Position numbers and translations under genes: made by a program. This document shows, one piece after another, positions 56,430-64,000 of a stretch of 64,000 bases of DNA. The first letter of the stretch is position 1. Each line of letters opens with the position of its first letter. The stretch is taken from NCBI GenBank assembly GCA_030550395.1, contig JAUQPL010000006.1, positions 4,624-68,623 on the forward strand, in the 5' to 3' direction. This stretch comes from Bacteroidota bacterium (GTDB taxonomy: Bacteria > Bacteroidota > Ignavibacteria > Kapaibacteriales > HRBIN21). The notes beneath the pieces are model-generated. The model saw only the letters and a list, made by a program, of their open reading frames with translations, made no database searches and had not been told where the DNA came from.

Positions 56430-58232
56430 ATGTGGAGAGTGTTCTGGACGTGGGGGGTGCTCGGATTAGGAGGAGCTTTGCTGTGGGGGCAGGTTTGGTT
56501 GGAATCTCAGGAACAGCTCCGAATGGCGCAAATGCTTGAGTCTGCTGGGGATTATGCGGGGGCAGTGCGCATCTATGAGCGGCTGTGTCGGTTGTATCCA
56601 GATTCGGTGTCCTACTTTTTGGGACTAAGTCGTGCTCTTGCGCGCCTACAGCAGGAGAAGGAAGCCCTGGAGCGTCTACGGAAGTTTACGGAACGCCATC
56701 CCCATTCTGCTGCCTTAGCGCTTGTAGGAGAGTTGTATTGGCGGGTACAGCAGCCCGATTCAGCGCGCTGGGCTTGGCAAGAGGCTCTTCGGCGCGCGCC
56801 TCAAGACCCACAGAGTTATCGTGCCGTTGCGTTTGCGCAAGCTGAGGTCCAACTCTTCGATGAGGCAATCAGGACTCTTCAGCAGGGGCGGCTCCGGCTC
56901 CGTTCCGATACGGTCTTTGCTGATGAGCTGAGTCGCTGGTATGTCCGGATTGGGGATGTAGAGCGCGGAGTGACGGAGACACTTCGGCTCTTGTCGCAAT
57001 GGAAGGAGCTGCAGGGGGTGCAGAACCGCCTGGCTGTTTATTTAGCTCTTCCAGAAGCGATATCGCGAGCGCGATCGGTCATTGAGCGGCGGGCGTCAGA
57101 GTATCGGCAAGATACTCTGCTGCAGTACCTGTTTGTGTGGTTTCTTGAGGAGATCAAAGAGTTTCGGGCAGCTTTGGAGCAAGTCCGCCGTTTGGATGAG
57201 CTCTACCAACGGGGAGGGATGGAGCTTCTGCGTTTTGCCGATGCTGCTCGGCAAAGCGAAGAGTTTGCGCTGGCGCTGGAGGCATATCAGGAAGTTCTGA
57301 AGCGTCATCCGGCTCGGGAGCTCCGTCTTCGGGCGCTTTACGGTTCTTTGCAAGCGGCTGAGCAATTGGTGCGGGGCGGGGTGCAGGATATCCCATGGCA
57401 GCGAATTCGGCGAGAGTATGAGGAGTTAGTTCGGCAAGCGGATACCCTACTGCTGAGCGCGGAAGTGCTGTATTCGTTGGGGATTTTTTTGCAGGATGTC
57501 GCTCAAGACTGGGTAGCAGCTGGCGAGAGCTTCCAAAGACTTCTCCGCGACTTTCCGCAGACGCGTTGGGCAGCGTGGGCGCTGGTGCATTTGGCTCAAT
57601 TGGCCCTTCGACAGGATGCGTTTGAGCAGGCGGGGAAGTACTTACAGCAAGCCATGGGATATGACACGCTCGTGCCCGATGCCGTTGAGCAAGCACGCTT
57701 ATGGCGGGCAGAGATGGAATTTTTCCGGGGCAATTGGGACAGTGCCCGTGCGCTATACGCTGCCGTGGCTATACAGACGGGGAGTCCAGTGGCGAATGAT
57801 GCGCTGCAGCGCCTTTTGCTCTTTGAGAGTGTGGGAGATAGTGCCCTTCTATACCGTTTTGCGCAGGCGGAGCGGGCATTCTTCCAGCGGCGCTTCGCTC
57901 GAGCCCAGGCGGAGTATAGAGCTGTGGCGGAGCGGGAGGGCGTTCCTGAACAGGTGCGGGAATTGGCGCTGCTCCGGGCGGCAGAAGCTGCTTATGCTCA
58001 GGGAGCGTGGGAACAGGTACAGCAGTTCCTGACGCGCTTGCTCAGTGAAGGAGATGATGTTCTGTACGGGGATAGAGCCTTGCTCCTTTTGGGGGATGTC
58101 TTAGAGCGTCAGCAGCGCTATGCGGAAGCAGTTTCAGTGTACCAACGTTTTCTCGTGCGGTATCCCGGCTCTATCTACGAGCGCGAAGTCGCGCGTCGGA
58201 TGCAACGCCTGCGAGAAAAACCGGGGCTTTAG
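56430..58232 (+). CDS. tetratricopeptide repeat protein
   Basis: Signal peptide and many TPR-like helical repeats ending 'YQRFLVRYPGSIY'. Confidence 0.85.
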   Translation: MWRVFWTWGVLGLGGALLWGQVWLESQEQLRMAQMLESAGDYAGAVRIYERLCRLYPDSVSYFLGLSRALARLQQEKEALERLRKFTERHPHSAALALVGELYWRVQQPDSARWAWQEALRRAPQDPQSYRAVAFAQAEVQLFDEAIRTLQQGRLRLRSDTVFADELSRWYVRIGDVERGVTETLRLLSQWKELQGVQNRLAVYLALPEAISRARSVIERRASEYRQDTLLQYLFVWFLEEIKEFRAALEQVRRLDELYQRGGMELLRFADAARQSEEFALALEAYQEVLKRHPARELRLRALYGSLQAAEQLVRGGVQDIPWQRIRREYEELVRQADTLLLSAEVLYSLGIFLQDVAQDWVAAGESFQRLLRDFPQTRWAAWALVHLAQLALRQDAFEQAGKYLQQAMGYDTLVPDAVEQARLWRAEMEFFRGNWDSARALYAAVAIQTGSPVANDALQRLLLFESVGDSALLYRFAQAERAFFQRRFARAQAEYRAVAEREGVPEQVRELALLRAAEAAYAQGAWEQVQQFLTRLLSEGDDVLYGDRALLLLGDVLERQQRYAEAVSVYQRFLVRYPGSIYEREVARRMQRLREKPGL

Positions 58233-59002
58233 AGGAGGCGCTCTACAAGTTCCCGGAAGCGAAGCGCATCGTAAGGAGCGGTCCCAGCGGTGTTATTGAA
58301 GTAGGCGTACATCCGATATCCCTGCCGTAGGAACTCGGCTGTGGACTCTGCCCAGGGATACAGTTCCTGCTCCGTATACCGGTGGGCATAGCCACCCTGG
58401 AGCCCATGGAAACGCACGTAGAGGAATGGAGCTGTACGGAGGCGGAAGGACGGATACCGGAGAGAGCTACTCCAGACAATGGCAACGTTGGAGCTTTGGA
58501 GTAATTCCCACACCTCAGGGATGTCCCAGGAAGGATGACGGAATTCTATGGCGTGTTCCAGTCCATTACCGCAGACAATGGCAAGGAAACGGCGTAAGCG
58601 GTGCGTATCGCATGGGAAATGTGGGGGAAGCTGCCATAGGATGGGTCCTAATCGTGCCCCAAGACCGGAGATTGCGTTGCGGAAGCGCTGGAAAGTGGCT
58701 TCCTCTATCTGTAGTTGGTGCTCGTGAGTGAACGAGCGTGGTGCCTTGATAGCGAACCGGAATGTTGGAGGAACGGAGCGTGCCCAGGTCTGGAAGCGTT
58801 CCGGAGGAGGAAGGGTGTAGAAGGTGCTGTTGACTTCCACGGTAGGGAAGTGTTCGGCGTAGAAAGAGAGCCAGGCACGTGGAGGAAGGGAGGATGGATA
58901 CCAGTGATGACGCCATTCTCGATATGCCCAGCCGCTGGTACCAATAAAGTAGAGGGGAATTCCCACGGAAGGGAGATTCCCCTCTACCGACACAGAGGAC
59001 AT
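58229..59002 (-). CDS. DUF72 domain-containing protein
   Basis: 'IGTSGWAY', 'VEVNSTFY', 'WQLPP', 'EFRHPSW', 'YVRFHG', 'YFNN'. Confidence 0.92.
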   Translation of the reverse strand: MSSVSVEGNLPSVGIPLYFIGTSGWAYREWRHHWYPSSLPPRAWLSFYAEHFPTVEVNSTFYTLPPPERFQTWARSVPPTFRFAIKAPRSFTHEHQLQIEEATFQRFRNAISGLGARLGPILWQLPPHFPCDTHRLRRFLAIVCGNGLEHAIEFRHPSWDIPEVWELLQSSNVAIVWSSSLRYPSFRLRTAPFLYVRFHGLQGGYAHRYTEQELYPWAESTAEFLRQGYRMYAYFNNTAGTAPYDALRFRELVERLL

Positions 59003-59005
59003 ATC

Positions 59006-61687
59006 CTACGGCGTTGTTTCAATCTCTATGGGGGTACTGATGAGGATTTGCACTGTGCGGTTGTAGAACCGTCCCTCAGGCAGGTCGTTAGTATAGAGCG
59101 GATCGTCTTCGCCGACACCACGAGCTGTCATGCTCTGATAGCGCCCCCTGGCATATGCTTCAATGGCTCGGTAGACGGTGCGGGCACGGTTTTCCGATAG
59201 CTTCTTGTTGTGGTCGTAAAGACCAACGACATCCGTGTGCCCGACGATTTCAATAGTGGAATTGGGGAAGACCCGTGGAAAGACGTATTCCCGTAGGATG
59301 CGCTCGTTGAGTGGTCCGGCGTCGTATCGGTCAAATGGGAAGAGGATGAGGTTGTACCGCTCAAGTGTTCGGTCTGCCATGCGTTCAATTTTCTTCTGTT
59401 CTGTGCTCACTTGCATGACGGGGATGGTGATTGGGTCAGAGACGCATTCCTGGCCCGTTTTGCTCTGGACAATTAAGCGGGCTTCGTAAGGGACCTCATC
59501 ACTGGGATATTCCCCGCGAGGGGTGACCCAGTCCCAGGTGGTAGACGGAGTGGAGGTGCCGATATTGGTCAGGATATTCCACGGTTGTCCCCTGCGAGTG
59601 ATTTCAATCCGACGACTTGCAACCAGGGCATCTTCAATTCCATTACGCATAACGAAGGTCATAGTCTCCGGCGAAGGCAACCGCTTCGGGTCGCGACTGA
59701 TGATGGGCTTGATGACTTCCCACTCTGTACAGATGAGCTCAACACGACGGTTCTCCACAATACCTTGGGGATCGTTGAGGTTTGAGGGTACTTGGGGAAG
59801 ATTCCGGACAGTGAGCTTCATCCGTTCGGGGCTAATGCCCCAGATGTCACGAAGGTACGTGAAGACCGCTTGGGCTCGCTCTTGCGACAGTCCGGGACGT
59901 TTCTCGGCCGGCGTTTTGTTGTCATTGCAGCCGACAATTTCCAGCTTTGCATGGGGATTCTTCCGGAGTCGGTACCCGTAGATGTTGAGGATGTGGTAGT
60001 ACTTCTCCAAGGTTCCGCCGGGGATGCGTTCGTCGCTAAAAGTATGGGTTTCCTCAGGCGAGCGGAACAAGACATAGCGCTCGGGGATTTTTGAAGAGCC
60101 CTCGTCAAAGAAGACGTAGTGCAGCAGTGGGAAAAGCTCAATGGAGGCAACCTCCTCCATGACCAAGCCGCGGAAATTCGCAATAGAGGGGTCGTCCTTT
60201 GCGCGCCGCTTGACGTAATCGGCCGGTTCAATTTGGGCTTGGAGAACAGGACGCTGACCCAACTTCAGTACAACGCGGATTTCCAAGCTTTGTTGGGCTT
60301 CCTCTTCGGTACGGACCTCTGGGGGTTTTTCGACATGTACCTTCTGCGTGACAGTACCATAGTTGGGATTGAAGGCACTGATTTCCAGATCGAATTCCTT
60401 CTGGTCACCGAAATCTGTAACGCTAACGACGTATTGGAACTCTGTTCTCACGGTTCCAGTGCCGGAGACGGTATCGGTTGTGACTCGTCCGGTGATGGGA
60501 TTGCGGATTGTGAGCTTTGCCGGGATGTCTGCACCGGTACACTCGTCAATGACACGTCCGACGATGTTGATGGCACGGAAGAAGGTCGGGACGAACGCCA
60601 TGAAGAGGTCATAATCACCTTGGTAACCCGGTAGGTCACGGCGTTTTGAACTGAAGTAGAGCACGTTGCCAGCTGCCGGGAGAGTCAGGAAGAGCTCGTC
60701 TTCGGAGGTGTTAATTGGAGGACCCAGATTCTGAGGTTTGGACCAAGTTCCATCAGGGGAGCGGCGGGTGATGTAGAAATCCAAACCGCCAAAGTTGGGC
60801 TTATGTCCGTCGGAGGCAAAGAAGAAGGTTTGATTGTCCGCAGCAATGAAGGGAGAAGCTTCACGGCCTGGCGTGTTTACTTCACGGAAATTGACCGCTG
60901 GTTTCCACTCGCCTCGTTCAAAGTCAAAATCGCTGTACCAGATGTCTAGGTTCCCTTCTCCGTGCGGGCCCGGTCTATTGGAGACGAAATAGATGCGGCT
61001 TTTATCCGGTGCGACCGAAGGTTGAGCATCCCAGGCGGAAGAGTTTACGTTCGGTCCCAAATTCCGCGGGCGTGCCCAGCGGTCCCCTTCAATTTCCGTC
61101 ACATAAATGTCACAGCTCCCCAAGCCGTCGGGGCGGTTGCAGCCAGTAAAGAAGAGGGTACGTCCGTCAGCAGCGATGGTGGCCACCCCTTCGTTGAAGC
61201 GAGTATTGACACCTAAATCGCCCAATTCCGTAGTGGTGTCAATGTTGAAGGGAGCGAAGAATACAGTGTCCAGGGGATTCTCTTTCTTCGCTGCCCAGAA
61301 GTCATGGGAGAAGTTCCCATCGGGTAATCGCTTTCCCCCCGGCCGGTTAGATACAAAGTACAGCGTTCGTCCATCGGCGGTAACCGTGGGGGCATAGTCT
61401 GCGTAGGGGGAGTTAACAACAGGCCCTAGGTTGATGATGCGGATGTAGCGGCTACCCAGAATAGTCTCCTGTTCCTGCTGAGTTGGGTGCGAAGGTTCAA
61501 TGACAGCAGCATATAGGAAGAGGGTACTCTCGGACATGGTTGAGGCTGCTGGGAACAGTGGAGAAGTTTGCAGCTCCTTCCGAGAGGCTCCCGCGCCCCA
61601 GAGAGGTATAGTTGCGAGGAGTGCTACAACAGCGAGCAAGTAGCCCGATACCATAAGAGTTCTCCTGGAACCCAGTGGAACATGCAT
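59006..61687 (-). CDS. PD40-repeat protein with two OmpA-like domains
   Basis: PD40 repeats; 'VFFDEGSS...LSQERA...ENRRVE' and 'GHTDVVG...LSENRA...YNRTVQI'. Confidence 0.85.
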   Translation of the reverse strand: MHVPLGSRRTLMVSGYLLAVVALLATIPLWGAGASRKELQTSPLFPAASTMSESTLFLYAAVIEPSHPTQQEQETILGSRYIRIINLGPVVNSPYADYAPTVTADGRTLYFVSNRPGGKRLPDGNFSHDFWAAKKENPLDTVFFAPFNIDTTTELGDLGVNTRFNEGVATIAADGRTLFFTGCNRPDGLGSCDIYVTEIEGDRWARPRNLGPNVNSSAWDAQPSVAPDKSRIYFVSNRPGPHGEGNLDIWYSDFDFERGEWKPAVNFREVNTPGREASPFIAADNQTFFFASDGHKPNFGGLDFYITRRSPDGTWSKPQNLGPPINTSEDELFLTLPAAGNVLYFSSKRRDLPGYQGDYDLFMAFVPTFFRAINIVGRVIDECTGADIPAKLTIRNPITGRVTTDTVSGTGTVRTEFQYVVSVTDFGDQKEFDLEISAFNPNYGTVTQKVHVEKPPEVRTEEEAQQSLEIRVVLKLGQRPVLQAQIEPADYVKRRAKDDPSIANFRGLVMEEVASIELFPLLHYVFFDEGSSKIPERYVLFRSPEETHTFSDERIPGGTLEKYYHILNIYGYRLRKNPHAKLEIVGCNDNKTPAEKRPGLSQERAQAVFTYLRDIWGISPERMKLTVRNLPQVPSNLNDPQGIVENRRVELICTEWEVIKPIISRDPKRLPSPETMTFVMRNGIEDALVASRRIEITRRGQPWNILTNIGTSTPSTTWDWVTPRGEYPSDEVPYEARLIVQSKTGQECVSDPITIPVMQVSTEQKKIERMADRTLERYNLILFPFDRYDAGPLNERILREYVFPRVFPNSTIEIVGHTDVVGLYDHNKKLSENRARTVYRAIEAYARGRYQSMTARGVGEDDPLYTNDLPEGRFYNRTVQILISTPIEIETTP

Positions 61688-61719
61688 GGTAGAGTGATTG
61701 CAAACTTATCGAGAGCAAG

Positions 61720-62520
61720 TTATTTGCGCCATGTTTTCCCAAGTGAGAAGACCAGATACCCTTGCCAAAGGCGGACGGTGGATGGGGGAGGAAGGACAGC
61801 CGAAAAGTGAAGGAGCCCATAAAGTCCAGCGCTGAGCCACCAGTTGGGGGTAATGACAACGTCAGCCCCTATATGGAAGAGTCCGCCCCAGTGGAGGCGG
61901 CTCGGGATAGAGGCTTCTTCTACGGTGAAGTTCTCCGTGGCGGGCAAGTAGATGCTTTCACCGGTGGGGAGGGATAAGCTTTCTGAAAGGAGGGCTTTGT
62001 CATGGCGGAGGGTCACCGACAGTGGAATAATAGCGGCTGGCCCTGCAGAGGCAACCAACCATGGGGCAGGGCGCCACCGCAAATAACCCCATAGGAGCAG
62101 CGAGGTGAGGGTAATTTCGGCGTGATTCCGTGTTTCAACAGGCAGCAGGAATGTATCGCTGGGAGCTTGGATAGAGAAAGGTTCTCGTGCCCGATACGAG
62201 GCTCGGAGTTGAAGTCGGTTTATCCAGGTAGAGGCACCCCATAGCCAGTTTTGGAGCAAGGGGCTACTGTAAGAAATACCGACAAGCCAACCGGTGCTCC
62301 TGCCATAAGTAAACTCCTGCGAGCAGCGGCTGTGGAAGGAACCCTGTTGAAGCCCCCAGCCGATCCCGGCAGAGAGAAGCAATTCTGGGGGATATTCTTG
62401 CACTGCTGGTGCCAGAGGTGAGGCAGGGGGCGTTACCTGCCGATCCTGGGACTGCAGGGTCAGGCTGCCGATGATGAGAAGGCAGTACAATCGTCCTATG
62501 TATGGGAAGGGTGCATACAT
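61720..62520 (-). CDS. outer-membrane beta-barrel protein
   Basis: Signal peptide, alternating hydrophobic strands, aromatic-rich C-terminus. Confidence 0.55.
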   Translation of the reverse strand: MYAPFPYIGRLYCLLIIGSLTLQSQDRQVTPPASPLAPAVQEYPPELLLSAGIGWGLQQGSFHSRCSQEFTYGRSTGWLVGISYSSPLLQNWLWGASTWINRLQLRASYRAREPFSIQAPSDTFLLPVETRNHAEITLTSLLLWGYLRWRPAPWLVASAGPAAIIPLSVTLRHDKALLSESLSLPTGESIYLPATENFTVEEASIPSRLHWGGLFHIGADVVITPNWWLSAGLYGLLHFSAVLPPPSTVRLWQGYLVFSLGKTWRK

Positions 62521-62555
62521 TGGTCAATAGCAACTTCGCGAAAATCACGGAAGTG

Positions 62556-63920
62556 ATGGCAATGTCACGCGAGGATATCTCATCCATCGGAGAAGTGTCC
62601 CCTGCGCGGCTTTGGGCATGGAGACTCTTGCAGCGCGTTGAGCAGGACGACGCTTATGTTGATCGGCTTCTGGAAGTAACGCTCCGCCGTGTTGATCTCA
62701 CCGCTCCAGACCGAGCCCTGCTAACAGAATTGGTTCACGGTGTTGTGCGGTGGAAAAAGCGGCTGGATTTCATCCTTCAAGCTTTTTCCAGGCATCCGAT
62801 ACAGCGGTATCCTCTGCCAGTTCTGACAGCACTACGGTTGGGGGCGTACCAGCTGCTCTACTTGGATCGGATCCCTGAGTATGCTGTCATTCACCAGGCT
62901 GTGGAGCTGGTCAAGTCGCATGGTAAGGCAACAGCGGGTCTGGTGAATGCGATTTTACGTGCCCTCCAACGGCACCGTGGGGCACTGCCCGAGCCGACAC
63001 TGGAAGACACAGTTCGCTATCTAAGCCTTGCCCATTCGTATCCCGAGTGGATAGTACGCCGCTGGGTAGCACGATTCGGACCCGAGGAGACAGTCAAGCT
63101 CCTTCAGGTGCAAAACCGACGACCGAGGCTCTCTCTCCGAGTCAATCAGCGACGGATGGGCGTGGAGGAATTCCTTGTATGGCTCCAAGAACGAGGGAGC
63201 ACAGCATGGATGTCTCCGTATGTCCCGCAAGCTGTTGTCGTAGAGCGTTTAGCGCACGAGGTGCTGGAGGAAGTGATAAATCAGGGGTGGGCAAGTGTAC
63301 AGGATGTCAGTTCGTTGCTTGTCGTTCAGTTGGCCGATCCGCAGCCAACTATGCAGGTCATTGATCTCTGCGGAGCGCCAGGGGGCAAAGCGTGTGCAAT
63401 TGGCGAACGGCTGGGGGAGGAAGGACATCTGACCGTTGTAGACATTCATCCAGGACGACTCAACATTGTCAAGCGGGAGGCGCTTCGCTTGGGGATTGCT
63501 GATAGAATGAGCTTCTCTGTGACGGACGCTCGCTCCTTCCAGCATGTACCGGTAGACCTAGTCTTGTTAGATGCTCCGTGCTCAGGTCTGGGGACAATCG
63601 CAAAGAAGCCTGATATCAAATGGCGTCGCCGCGAAAGCGATATTGGCGCCCTTGCAAAGCTCCAACGGGAGCTTCTGGAGCATGCTGCTACGCTGGTTTG
63701 CCCTGGTGGGGTATTAGTGTACAGCACGTGTACGACGGAGCCCGAAGAGAACGAAGAGGTTGTGTTGGACTTTCTCCGCCGTCATCCGGAGTTTGTTTTG
63801 GAACCGGCTCAAAGGTGGCTGCCGGTCGAAGTATGTCAAGGAGGCTTTTTCCAGACATTGCCACATCGGCATCAGGATTGTGACGGAGCGTTTGCGGCTC
63901 GGCTGCGGCGAAGGGAGTGA
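62556..63920 (+). CDS. rsmB: 16S rRNA m5C967 methyltransferase
   Basis: NusB-like N-terminus, 'DLCGAPGGK', 'DAPCSGLG', 'YSTCT..PEEN'. Confidence 0.93.
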   Translation: MAMSREDISSIGEVSPARLWAWRLLQRVEQDDAYVDRLLEVTLRRVDLTAPDRALLTELVHGVVRWKKRLDFILQAFSRHPIQRYPLPVLTALRLGAYQLLYLDRIPEYAVIHQAVELVKSHGKATAGLVNAILRALQRHRGALPEPTLEDTVRYLSLAHSYPEWIVRRWVARFGPEETVKLLQVQNRRPRLSLRVNQRRMGVEEFLVWLQERGSTAWMSPYVPQAVVVERLAHEVLEEVINQGWASVQDVSSLLVVQLADPQPTMQVIDLCGAPGGKACAIGERLGEEGHLTVVDIHPGRLNIVKREALRLGIADRMSFSVTDARSFQHVPVDLVLLDAPCSGLGTIAKKPDIKWRRRESDIGALAKLQRELLEHAATLVCPGGVLVYSTCTTEPEENEEVVLDFLRRHPEFVLEPAQRWLPVEVCQGGFFQTLPHRHQDCDGAFAARLRRRE

Positions 63921-63944
63921 AGCTCCTAATTTTGAGGCTGTGCT

Positions 63945-64000
63945 ATGGAACGGCGTATTGGGATTTTCGATTCTGGTATCGGTGGACTGACCGTCGCACG
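63945..64000 (+). CDS. murI: glutamate racemase (start only; truncated at window end)
   Basis: Translates to 'MERRIGIFDSGIGGLTVA', the MurI N-terminal signature. Confidence 0.85.
   Translation, partial: MERRIGIFDSGIGGLTVA

Noticed and set aside
1..64000. CRISPR arrays, tRNA/rRNA, IS elements, prophage or defence systems
   Set aside because: No spaced direct repeats, cloverleafs, or transposase/integrase/nuclease motifs seen by eye; a covariance-model search could still find small RNAs.

Overview
Gene-dense bacterial chromosomal window of about 50 CDS. I found no rRNA, tRNA, CRISPR array or transposase. T9SS-type C-terminal sorting domains, a PorV/PorQ-family gene, PD40-OmpA proteins and recurring TAnnTTTG promoter motifs point to the Bacteroidota-Chlorobiota group, most plausibly an Ignavibacteria/Kapabacteria-like lineage (inference). 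Core content: amino-acid, purine and propionate catabolism (hutH, hutI, hppD, gdhA, guaD, acnA, Bacillus-like prpCDB), glgA, hslVU, rsmB, the start of murI, and a late flagellar cluster (fliC-fliS-fliD-flaG-fliT-like-flgM) with a sigma28 promoter. Most notable: (1) an orphan 2-oxoacid dehydrogenase E1-alpha fused to an N-terminal CI-repressor-like HTH; (2) a SusD-less cassette of T9SS cargo, TonB-dependent receptor, a ~1275-aa unknown secreted protein and a PorV/PorQ barrel; (3) a Cyc2-like cytochrome-porin fusion; (4) a ManC paralogue with a degenerate active-site motif next to a DUF2723/TMEM260-type glycosyltransferase; (5) a His-rich uORF and a start-codon-occluding hairpin upstream of hutH; (6) two decaying genes. 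All family calls come from motif recognition by eye, not database searches.
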